A stretch of 64,000 nt of DNA from positions 31,739 to 95,738 of IMG/VR virus record IMGVR_UViG_3300032356_000182; one strand, 5' to 3'. The translations under genes and the position numbers were made by a program. Numbering within the stretch: position 1 is the first letter of the stretch; each line of letters opens with the position of its first letter. Shown piece by piece: positions 56,174 to 64,000 of the stretch. Origin of the DNA: a virus. The notes beneath the pieces are model-generated. The model saw only the letters and a program-made list of their open reading frames with translations, ran no database searches and was not told the DNA's origin.

Positions 56174-58925
56174 CGATTATATTCGACCCGCAAATAATAC
56201 ACGGCTAGGTCTGCACTGGACGCCAGTTACAGGCCATGCCCACGCCGACCTGACGCGCTACATTGACCGCGCAGCGCAGATGGGCATCGGCTGGGTCATG
56301 CTGATAGATGACGGTGGCGGTTCGACGCTGGAGCCGAACAAGTTCTACGGCGGCAAAAGCATCGTGGATATGTGGTTGGAGCGTGGCGTTGTACCCGTCA
56401 TTCGCTTTTTTGCGGCGCCGTGGGCCAGGTTCGATTCACGCTTCGAGGATACAACCAGGCGGCTGGTAAAGCGTGGCGTCCGCTATATCTTTTGGATGAA
56501 CGAGCCAGAGTGCGGCGGGGAGTGGGCTGATAGAGGGCGTAGCATCGACCGAAATTGGGTGTACAACTGTACGCGTCTGTTTGTAGATGGCGCATACAAG
56601 ATGATTAAGATCGGAGCGTATCCAGGCTGGTGGGCAACGACTACATTCCGCTGGACTACGCCAGATGGCAAGCGGCGCGTCAATCCTTTTCTGGAGTATA
56701 TGACGCCGCAGGAGAGGCGAGATATTTTCATTGACGGCGGCGGCTGGATTCCGATTCACAACTACTCTAAAAACCATCCAATAGATTATCCAGATGACTC
56801 GGTGAATCAGCTTGGACAGCCGCTGACTCGTGAGGAGTACTTAGTCAAGATTGCTGAAGTAGATAAGGAATATCGGCGACGTACAAAAGATATGTGGGTC
56901 TGGAATAGCTGGGAGACCAGCGAGCATCATATCAATCTGCTGCGTAGGGAACGCAAGAATCCGGGGCAGACAATTGAGGATGATGATACCTGCTTTCGCA
57001 TGTACCGCGGGCTGCTGAAGCTGCTTGACGAGGCGGGGATAAAGGATTATGTTCCGTTTATTGCTACTGAGGCGGGCCCGTGCGTTGGCGAACGGGATGA
57101 TGGGCGCTACCCGCGTGTTACACCGAAGGCTCAAATTGAGATGATTGAAGCTGAATTGTCTGAAGCATCAATGGTGTCTAGCTTCTTCGGATTGTGTTTC
57201 TGGCTGGCAGGAGTACAACTGCTTGATGCAGCAACAGCAGATGGGTTTGAGGATCAGGGATGGTGGACGGCGCGGCACAATGAGCCGTTCAAGCTGAACA
57301 ACGAACTGCCCATCGTGCAATATCTGATAGATAGGAGAAATCGAGTGAATACGTCCAAACTTTGTCCACATGTGCAGTATTTAGATGAGCCAACGTTGGG
57401 GGCTATTCGTCGGGTGAAGCCTCCAATGGTTAAGATTATGAACGCCACAAGAAAGCAACTGGAGAATATTCGAGCTGCTTCACCGAATTCGCTTATCGTA
57501 GCTAGGGTTTATCAGGAAAATCAGGATTATCAAACTGACCCGGTGGCGGCTGGTCGTGCTTTTGCTAATTGCTATGCTGACATCATTGATCTGATTGACG
57601 TAGCTGAGGTGTTCAACGAAGCCATCAACAGCTTAGCTGATATGAACACCTGCCGCAAATTCGATGATTATCAGGTCGCGTTCGCCCGGCGATTGTGGGA
57701 ACTGCGACCAGAAGTCAAAGTTGGCTTATTCTGCCTGCCTACTGGAAATTTTGGCTGGCCTGGAGAGCCAGCCCTGACGCCAGCCTGGTTTCCGCATTCG
57801 ATGAATTTACCTGCTGACCGATGCTATATCTGTGTGCATGAGTATACCTGGCATGACCTGCGCTGGGAATTCGGAGCACGGATGTGTCGGTACAGGAGAC
57901 AGATGGAATGGGCCAAGGAAATTGGTTTTAAGCTGCTGATCACCGAATGCGGATTTACCCAAGCGGTATTAGCTGGTAAGCCTGACGTTGGTTGGCGGTC
58001 TGATCCGAAGACTTGGCAGCGAGAAAGATATGTACAGTCACTGCGGGAGTACGACACCGAGCTACGTAAGGATGATTATGTAATTGGAGCAGCTATATTT
58101 ACCTGTGGCCGAAACAGCGGTTGGGATACATTTGAAAGCTTAGCTGAATGGGAAGCGGCAGCGAATACACCAATCACGTTACTGCCGCCTGAGCCAGAAG
58201 ATGAGGAGGATGATGATATGTTGGAGCCAAACTTACGAGACGCTGACAAGTATGGTATAAAGCTCCTATATGGATATGTTCCCGAAGGGAGCAAGGGTTT
58301 CAAGATAGTGAAAGTTTATCATTACCCGGTTGGCAAGAATGGAGGCTTTCCTGGCAATCGTAACCTGTTCATGGATGTTCTTGATGAAAATGGACGGCGT
58401 ATGTATGGAGCCAAGATTGAAGTAACCAATATGGGCAATGGACAGGTCCATACAGCGATTATAGACAAGCCAGCCAATGAACCAGGAACAAACGTGCCGA
58501 TAAATCCGGGCGATACGCTGAAGGTGCGGGTTAAAGGAGATTATCAATCTGATGTAGCCGAAGGCATTCACACACGACATCCTGACGAGGGCGAGGATGT
58601 TCGGGTAGCACATCACTCATTTCTGATCGTCTGGCAGTTGACAGAAAATAAGCCGGATGTTAAACCAGAACCAAAACCAGAGCCGCCACCTGCCGAGGTT
58701 ACGGAGAGCGATATTCGCAATGCGGCTTGGAATAGAGTTTATCCTGAGGGTATCGCTTATAATCCCAACGCAGCTTTTCCAGTATTTGCTAAGAGACATA
58801 GCCTCGGCGTGCCGGTTACAGCTGAATTCGATATCGGACCGTACCGGGTACAAGGCTATGCCAATGGAATCGTCTACGCAAGAATTGGAGATTGGGGAAA
58901 TATTAAGCTCCTTGAATGGCAGTAA
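56163..58925 (+). CDS. Multidomain glycoside-hydrolase-like lysin (two clan GH-A-like barrels plus C-terminal binding domains)
   Basis: Acid/base and nucleophile pairs MNEPE..ATEAG and FNEA..ITECG; Pro-rich linkers; located in the lysis region. Confidence 0.65.
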   Translation: MKLSDYIRPANNTRLGLHWTPVTGHAHADLTRYIDRAAQMGIGWVMLIDDGGGSTLEPNKFYGGKSIVDMWLERGVVPVIRFFAAPWARFDSRFEDTTRRLVKRGVRYIFWMNEPECGGEWADRGRSIDRNWVYNCTRLFVDGAYKMIKIGAYPGWWATTTFRWTTPDGKRRVNPFLEYMTPQERRDIFIDGGGWIPIHNYSKNHPIDYPDDSVNQLGQPLTREEYLVKIAEVDKEYRRRTKDMWVWNSWETSEHHINLLRRERKNPGQTIEDDDTCFRMYRGLLKLLDEAGIKDYVPFIATEAGPCVGERDDGRYPRVTPKAQIEMIEAELSEASMVSSFFGLCFWLAGVQLLDAATADGFEDQGWWTARHNEPFKLNNELPIVQYLIDRRNRVNTSKLCPHVQYLDEPTLGAIRRVKPPMVKIMNATRKQLENIRAASPNSLIVARVYQENQDYQTDPVAAGRAFANCYADIIDLIDVAEVFNEAINSLADMNTCRKFDDYQVAFARRLWELRPEVKVGLFCLPTGNFGWPGEPALTPAWFPHSMNLPADRCYICVHEYTWHDLRWEFGARMCRYRRQMEWAKEIGFKLLITECGFTQAVLAGKPDVGWRSDPKTWQRERYVQSLREYDTELRKDDYVIGAAIFTCGRNSGWDTFESLAEWEAAANTPITLLPPEPEDEEDDDMLEPNLRDADKYGIKLLYGYVPEGSKGFKIVKVYHYPVGKNGGFPGNRNLFMDVLDENGRRMYGAKIEVTNMGNGQVHTAIIDKPANEPGTNVPINPGDTLKVRVKGDYQSDVAEGIHTRHPDEGEDVRVAHHSFLIVWQLTENKPDVKPEPKPEPPPAEVTESDIRNAAWNRVYPEGIAYNPNAAFPVFAKRHSLGVPVTAEFDIGPYRVQGYANGIVYARIGDWGNIKLLEWQ

Positions 58926-58932
58926 ATTGATT

Positions 58933-59271
58933 ATGTTGACTATCTTATGTCCATATTGTAAGATGACTATCAGATTAAGGTGGAATGATAGCTACGTTTG
59001 TCCATCTTGTGGCAGAAACCTTACAATCTCAGCAAATTCATCAAAAATCGCCATCCTGAAAGAGGAAAATATGTCTATCGTATGTCCTTGCTGCAAAACA
59101 ATCACTAGATGTCCTTCATGTTATAGCTATATCTGTTCAACTTGTGGAAATGATTTAGCACTTTCTGTTCCAGAATCTAATATTGACAACCAGCAGATAG
59201 CTCAGAAAAGAAATCCGACAAGCTTATCAAATGCTTACAAGATAGAAAAAGAGAAATATCAATCTCACTAA
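58933..59271 (+). CDS. Multi-zinc-ribbon protein
   Basis: Five CxxC pairs. Confidence 0.55.
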   Translation: MLTILCPYCKMTIRLRWNDSYVCPSCGRNLTISANSSKIAILKEENMSIVCPCCKTITRCPSCYSYICSTCGNDLALSVPESNIDNQQIAQKRNPTSLSNAYKIEKEKYQSH

Positions 59272-59307
59272 AAGATAATCTAAGGATAGAGAAAGGAGAT
59301 AAGAAAG

Positions 59308-59616
59308 ATGAGCTGGGAAGAGGTATTGAGATACGCGCAGAGCTCTCTCGGGGTTTCCGCAATCGTTGGTACGATGATCTTCCTTTTGGTTGAATACGTG
59401 CCGGGATTTGGCGGAACGATTGAAGACCCTAAGAAGAAGAGACTAGTGGTAATGGCTTTGAGCTTAGTTGTTCCTGTTTTGGCCCTGATACTTGAAGTTC
59501 TTACTGTTAGTCATACCACTTTAACTTTGCCCATGATATGGAATGCCATCTTCGCAGGTGCTGCATCTTTTGGCACATCGACTGCTTTGCATACTCTCGT
59601 TCTAAAGAACACCTAG
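59308..59616 (+). CDS. Holin-like membrane protein
   Basis: Three hydrophobic segments, KKKR loop, AAGGAG RBS, downstream of the lysins. Confidence 0.65.
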   Translation: MSWEEVLRYAQSSLGVSAIVGTMIFLLVEYVPGFGGTIEDPKKKRLVVMALSLVVPVLALILEVLTVSHTTLTLPMIWNAIFAGAASFGTSTALHTLVLKNT

Positions 59617-59644
59617 CGCCGTATTTTCAATATAGTTTCTGAAA

Positions 59645-59670
59645 GGGCTCAACGTCGAGCCCCCTTCATT
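59645..59670 (+). terminator. Hairpin after the holin-like gene
   Basis: GGGCTC-aacgtc-GAGCCC. Confidence 0.4.
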
Positions 59671-59704
59671 TAACATTAAAAGCAGGGGAGTTTGTAAGCA
59701 CCAG

Positions 59705-59893
59705 ATGAATCTGAAGAATAAAAAAAGAATAGAATGCGAATGTGGAGCTGTTATATATTCACCAGAAAGTTATGACTGGATATGTCCTCAATGTGGAAGC
59801 AACCTCAAATTTGTTCCTATTTCAAAAAATCCTATCAAGAGAGTTGATTCCGAATGGCAAAACAATGGACTAACACGGAAATACTCAAAGTAA
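59705..59893 (+). CDS. Small zinc-ribbon protein
   Basis: CECG...CPQCG. Confidence 0.55.
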   Translation: MNLKNKKRIECECGAVIYSPESYDWICPQCGSNLKFVPISKNPIKRVDSEWQNNGLTRKYSK

Positions 59894-60930
59894 AGGCTCT
59901 GGTTTCTGAGGGTAGAAGTTGGAAAGAGATAGCAAGAATTTTAGGGAAAACGCCAGACAGTTGTCGCGGGGCTTGGCGAAGACACAAAGATAATACTAGA
60001 CAAGAAGAATGTTCTTGTAATGAGTCTTTTCTAGTTCCTTTAGATGTTGAAAGAAGTTCTGTTAGCTGGCGTGAAAGATTAGAGTTGGCAGGTAGATTAA
60101 AACAAGTTAGAGATTCTGATACTTGTACTTTGAAGCTGACTAAAAGAACTATAAAGACTACCAGACCGTATGCGGTTTTGTTCTCTAGTGATTGGCAACT
60201 AGGCTCATTAGGAACTGATTTAGAGCTTTGGAAGTCCCATATAGAAACATTCTTATCGATTGAAAATATGGGTATGATTGTGGTAGGAGATTTGATAAGC
60301 AATTGTTATACTCATAGGACTTTGGTTCCGGTATTGTCTCAAGTTATGTCTCCTGTTGAACAGATGCGGTTTGTTCGTGAATTGTTAGAAGAAATCATAT
60401 CGAAAAATAAGCTAATTTCTGTAACCTTATCTGAAGAGCACGATCAAAGGGATGCAAGAGATACTGGAATGAGTGCTCTCATCGAAATACTAAGACCATT
60501 GCAAGTCCCGCTTTTTGACAATCGTGGCTGTCTAATTTTAGAAGTTGGCAAACAGCAGTATGTTTTGGATATAGTGCATAAGAGCCGTTACAGCTCATTT
60601 TTGAATGAGCTGCATTCTGGAAATCGAGAGGCTCGGCTTCATCTTCCGGCCAATGTTATAGTTACAGCTCATCGGCACAGGCCGGCACTTGGAAAGTATT
60701 TTTGGTTTCAAGAACTTGCAGATGTTCTGAAATTTTGTAATGCTCCCGTTACTCTAGGAGGTGAGGTTTTTCTAGTTCAAACCGGAACCTATGAGAAAGA
60801 AAGCACTTACGGAAATCAATTTTTTGGCACTTTGCCATCTGCTGAATTACAGATTTTAGTATTCTGGCCAGATGAGCATAGAATAGAAATGGCAACGAAT
60901 TTTCAATCTGCCTTGAAACTCTTGGAGTAA
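59854..60930 (+). CDS. HTH-fused calcineurin-like metallophosphoesterase
   Basis: SWKEIARILGKT; SDWQLG, VGDLI, EEHD, AHRH. Confidence 0.8.
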   Translation: MAKQWTNTEILKVKALVSEGRSWKEIARILGKTPDSCRGAWRRHKDNTRQEECSCNESFLVPLDVERSSVSWRERLELAGRLKQVRDSDTCTLKLTKRTIKTTRPYAVLFSSDWQLGSLGTDLELWKSHIETFLSIENMGMIVVGDLISNCYTHRTLVPVLSQVMSPVEQMRFVRELLEEIISKNKLISVTLSEEHDQRDARDTGMSALIEILRPLQVPLFDNRGCLILEVGKQQYVLDIVHKSRYSSFLNELHSGNREARLHLPANVIVTAHRHRPALGKYFWFQELADVLKFCNAPVTLGGEVFLVQTGTYEKESTYGNQFFGTLPSAELQILVFWPDEHRIEMATNFQSALKLLE

Positions 60931-60934
60931 AACT

Positions 60935-61291
60935 ATGGATCCTAACCCGTTTTGGCTTTCGCAAATAGGATTCGGCATTGTTGCAGGCGCGCTGGGTTTC
61001 TGGGCTTGGCATTTGTGGCAAACTCTGAACAAAGAAAGGGATCAAAGCTTAGCTAGACAAGAAGCGGCTGAAGCTCGCGAAGAAGCGAGAAGAAAGGAAT
61101 ATGATGCAAAACTCGATCTATTATTTGATAGAATGTTTGAATTAGCAGATATTAGTCGTGTAGCTATAGTACAAAACACGACGATGATGCAAGAGTGGAA
61201 AGAAGGAATGAGAATATATGAAAAACTCAGGGAACTTGAAGAGTTGCAAAGAAACATCCATTCAGCTTATGTCAAACGAGAAGCCAAGTAA
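60935..61291 (+). CDS. Single-TM coiled-coil protein (holin/BhlA-like)
   Basis: N-terminal TM segment followed by a charged coil. Confidence 0.55.
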   Translation: MDPNPFWLSQIGFGIVAGALGFWAWHLWQTLNKERDQSLARQEAAEAREEARRKEYDAKLDLLFDRMFELADISRVAIVQNTTMMQEWKEGMRIYEKLRELEELQRNIHSAYVKREAK

Positions 61292-61448
61292 TCAGAATCC
61301 TCCCGATTTTAACAGCCGTCTCCGATCATTTGATATGTGTGCCGAGCAGATCAGAAATCTGCTCGGAATAAGAGCTAGCGCTATAGGCGAAATTAGAAAC
61401 TTTATCATCACTGCAAAGCACATCTTAGAAGAGGAGTCTGGATAAAAC

Positions 61449-61739
61449 ATGCTTTTTTTGAATTATTTAAGTTTGCTGACAATGATAGCAAATTTCATTC
61501 TTCTTACTCTAATATTATTAGCATTAGAATCGGTTGAAGGCAATGGTGGACGAGTTCTGCTGAGATTTCTTCTGTATCCCAAAGCAGTGATATGGGGCTG
61601 CCTTTCAATTCTTGAAATTCTTTTTCTTATCGCTGAAATGCCGATTTGCTACATACCTTTAGTTTTCCTGATAATCGGTTTATTCAATCTCCTGTGCTTA
61701 GTTACGTTTTTGATTCATATTCGTCGCAAAGAATTTTGA
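61449..61739 (+). CDS. Small three-TM membrane protein
   Basis: Hydrophobic with basic C-terminus. Confidence 0.55.
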   Translation: MLFLNYLSLLTMIANFILLTLILLALESVEGNGGRVLLRFLLYPKAVIWGCLSILEILFLIAEMPICYIPLVFLIIGLFNLLCLVTFLIHIRRKEF

Positions 61740-61794
61740 TTTTAATATATCTGTGCCAGAAAAGTGATGAAACACCTATCAAAGTTGATATCTA

Positions 61795-62199
61795 TCAGCC
61801 CTCTATTATTTTCCAGTCCTCTTCAATCTCTTCATCTTCTTCGAGCTCTTCATCTTCAAGTTCTTCATCTACTTCATCTTCGCTTTCGTCATAGATAGTT
61901 TCGTCTTCACTATCTTGATCTTGAATCTTAGTTCTACGACTGAACTTTAATCCTGCTCTTTGACGCTTAATCCGATTTATCAAAGTCCGAGGAGATATAG
62001 ATAGCATCACTATATGCCCAGAACTCAGATAAACTAGACATCTCGTTCTTCTTCCATGAGTGAGATCTATCAAGAGGTTATTCTCAATCGCTTGCTTGAC
62101 TGCTCTCTTGGCTGGTTGAGAGCTAGGTTTATCAAGACAAACTATCTCATCAACAGCCAAGTAAGACTCGAAATTTGTATCAACAAATTCCCTATTCAT
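61795..62199 (-). CDS. remA: RemA/DUF370-family regulator with acidic tail
   Basis: PSSQPAKR..A.ENNLLIDLTHGRRTRCLVYLSSGHIVMLSISPRTL aligns by eye with RemA PESAPIKR..LIDATYGRRTRAVI..SDHVILSAVQPET. Confidence 0.8.
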   Translation of the reverse strand: MNREFVDTNFESYLAVDEIVCLDKPSSQPAKRAVKQAIENNLLIDLTHGRRTRCLVYLSSGHIVMLSISPRTLINRIKRQRAGLKFSRRTKIQDQDSEDETIYDESEDEVDEELEDEELEEDEEIEEDWKIIEG

Positions 62200-62510
62200 T
62201 GTCTTCCTTTCTGGTACGCCTCTGGGGAAGGCAGACTGTTCCAGCGAATTCGCTTCAAATCTTCGTAATCTTGGCCAGGAAACATCTCTAGCAGCGGGGG
62301 ATCAAACTTTTTGCCCGATTTCTCGCACCAGATTGTGAGTGTTGGACAGCACGATGAGCTGCCGATCAGAAATGTAGCTCCATCTCTATGACACATTCTA
62401 ACTGACCAGCCACGAGATTTTAAGATCTCAATGGCCTCGTCTTTGGTTTTCTGGGTATCCCATAAAGGATCTTCTGTCTCTTTCGCTAATCCGGCGTAAG
62501 GCTTTCTCAT
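62196..62510 (-). CDS. Hypothetical protein
   Basis: AAGGAGG RBS before ATG at 62510. Confidence 0.6.
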   Translation of the reverse strand: MRKPYAGLAKETEDPLWDTQKTKDEAIEILKSRGWSVRMCHRDGATFLIGSSSCCPTLTIWCEKSGKKFDPPLLEMFPGQDYEDLKRIRWNSLPSPEAYQKGRQ

Positions 62511-62548
62511 CTGCTTATTCCTCCTTAAGATATCAAGATACAAAAGAT

Positions 62549-62585
62549 AACTCAGTTTTCTTCTTAACCAGAAGAAAACTGAGTT
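62549..62585. terminator. Perfect 16-bp inverted repeat
   Basis: AACTCAGTTTTCTTCT-taacc-AGAAGAAAACTGAGTT between minus-strand genes. Confidence 0.7.
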
Positions 62586-62589
62586 CAAT

Positions 62590-62820
62590 CTAATCACTCC
62601 AATCCGACAAGTCCAATCCCCGTACCTCAAGGGGAGTTTGCGCTTCTACGCTGGCAGCGAAATCTTGCCAGCTGTAGCGCTGACCTCCATCCTCAAGGTA
62701 GATCCTTCCAGCAGCCCAGACCTCGGCCCAATCTGTTGGGTCGAGATCTAAAGCCTCCGTAATCTGTTGAACGGAGGCCCCACGTTGATCCATCTTCTTT
62801 ATCAGCTTAAAGTACCGCAT
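62590..62820 (-). CDS. Hypothetical protein
   Basis: AAGGAGG RBS. Confidence 0.6.
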   Translation of the reverse strand: MRYFKLIKKMDQRGASVQQITEALDLDPTDWAEVWAAGRIYLEDGGQRYSWQDFAASVEAQTPLEVRGLDLSDWSD

Positions 62821-62831
62821 CTTTTTCCTCC

Positions 62832-63167
62832 TTAGAATTTTTGGAAACGAACGACCGCCTCAATGCGGCCGTCCGCTCCGCGAATTGCTGTCGCCCCCGT
62901 GTCCGGCGCGACAACATCGGCGCGGCCGGACACGGCCTGGGCTACGATGGTGGACACGATGTACATCGTGTCCGGCTGTGGCTCCGGCAGGCCCTCGACC
63001 TCGCCGAACGCGGACTTGACGATGGGTATACCAACTACGTCGCCGATGACCTCTTGGGTCACGGCGACGCGGGCGACTTGCCCACTCGGGGAGAAAGTGT
63101 AATCTCCCCGTTCAGTCCGCACGTGTATCGCGTGCGGAGTTAAATTTTTAAGTATAGCCCACGTCAT
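62832..63167 (-). CDS. Conserved phage hypothetical protein (NLTPH...PSG.VARV...GLPEP...IVS)
   Basis: Recognisable widespread phage motif; GC-rich. Confidence 0.75.
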   Translation of the reverse strand: MTWAILKNLTPHAIHVRTERGDYTFSPSGQVARVAVTQEVIGDVVGIPIVKSAFGEVEGLPEPQPDTMYIVSTIVAQAVSGRADVVAPDTGATAIRGADGRIEAVVRFQKF

Positions 63168-63215
63168 ATTTCATCCCCCTTTCTGCCCTTCTGTGCCAGG
63201 GCATGCGCACTAAAT

Positions 63216-63812
63216 CTATCTAGCGAATCTATCCAGCGAGGTGTAATCCATCCCCTCGCTACATTTAGTGAAGGACTTCACAGTCCTCCAGAACGTCTTG
63301 GCGGCCTCATCAGCCAGGTACTCGACGTACCTGGCCTCATAGCCACGCCGTGCAGCATTAACCGCGCCGTGCAGCATCCGCCAGTAGCCGGAAAATTCAT
63401 CGAATTTTTCCAGCATCGCACAGGCCAGCAGCGGCCAGCCCTCCAGGGTACGCCACCGCTCGGCGTTCCCTTCCCAGATGCTATCCTCGTGGACAACCGC
63501 GAGGATAGCATGACAAGTTCCATCGGGACCTGCCATGTGGCAGGTCCCGTGGTTGTGCGGGCATTCCCCTGCGTCTGGGTTGCCCGCAGGACATTTGCTC
63601 AATTCTACCCCCGACTCATGTCGGGGGTAATTGTGTAGACTCGGCTCGTAGTCCGCCGGGTCTACGACGGCGACCCACTGGTCGCCGTCCTGCCAGTTAT
63701 GCTTGGCGCATTCTTCGCACCAAGCATAGGTCCCGATGACAGGGAAGTGCCCTTCCCTGCCCCATTCCTGCCAGACTACCCGATGACCGCATGTCAATTC
63801 GACCGTCCTCAT
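63216..63812 (-). CDS. Cys/His-rich hypothetical protein
   Basis: AAGGAGG RBS; LTCGH..CEEC. Confidence 0.6.
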   Translation of the reverse strand: MRTVELTCGHRVVWQEWGREGHFPVIGTYAWCEECAKHNWQDGDQWVAVVDPADYEPSLHNYPRHESGVELSKCPAGNPDAGECPHNHGTCHMAGPDGTCHAILAVVHEDSIWEGNAERWRTLEGWPLLACAMLEKFDEFSGYWRMLHGAVNAARRGYEARYVEYLADEAAKTFWRTVKSFTKCSEGMDYTSLDRFAR

Positions 63813-64000
63813 CCTAAATCCTCCTTCTTTTCTTCATCTGATCTATATCTGATCTATTTGTCTTTCTATTCTACATCTAAGACGAAAGATAGAGCAAAAA
63901 TGGAACTTCATCTATCCCTAGATTCTCTTGTATGCCTTCTAATTCAGGCCACAACGGATGAAGAATTTTTCTTTAATACTTTTTAGCCTTAGAGCAAAAA

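Larger units (their letters stand above)
1..64000. mobile_element. Tailed dsDNA bacteriophage genome segment (Mu-like head module, long non-contractile tail)
   Basis: Terminase, portal, protease, capsid, tail tube, chaperone, tape measure and lysis genes in co-oriented order; no host housekeeping genes; no sheath gene seen. Confidence 0.96.

Noticed and set aside
61646-61894. Poly-Ser ORF on the plus strand
   Set aside because: Antisense read of the acidic tail of the RemA-like gene
1-64000. tRNA/rRNA genes, integrase, att sites, genome termini
   Set aside because: None recognisable by eye; no terminal repeat between the window ends was seen, so lifestyle and completeness cannot be stated

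Overview
The whole 64-kb window is tailed dsDNA phage sequence (siphovirus-like). No host genes, integrase or replication module are visible. The + strand carries small early genes (0.2-4.4 kb) and a head module: lambda-GpA-type terminase, Mu-gp29-like portal, MuF-like protein, Mu-I-like protease/scaffold, cement and major capsid. Neck and tail genes follow, with a -1 frameshift chaperone and a tape measure, then GC-rich tail-tip genes and a lysis region. A few early genes lie on the - strand at the right end. The main finding is a set of seven genes interleaved with the packaging and head genes (4.5-25.1 kb). They are built from one repeating unit: a 23-aa tag LGGPGSG(H/F/Y)HGHAGRPGKRGGSAP (15 copies) followed by an enzyme domain. 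Cargoes are 7 R-S-E ADP-ribosyltransferases, a PARP-like ART, 2 further putative His-type ARTs, 2 HExxH metallopeptidases and an HD hydrolase. Linkers carry L-[SAG]-[EDG] motifs also found at the domain boundaries of the prohead protease. I infer a tag-addressed, recombination-shuffled set of capsid-loaded, protease-processed effectors. Other notable points are a roughly 9-kb glycosyltransferase/radical-SAM cluster inside the tail operon, a GAGCC-N3/4-GAGCC hairpin upstream of three late gene blocks together with a Com-like zinc finger, a phage RemA homologue, and a two-GH-domain lysin-like gene with an internal start. All family assignments come from motifs read by eye, not database searches.
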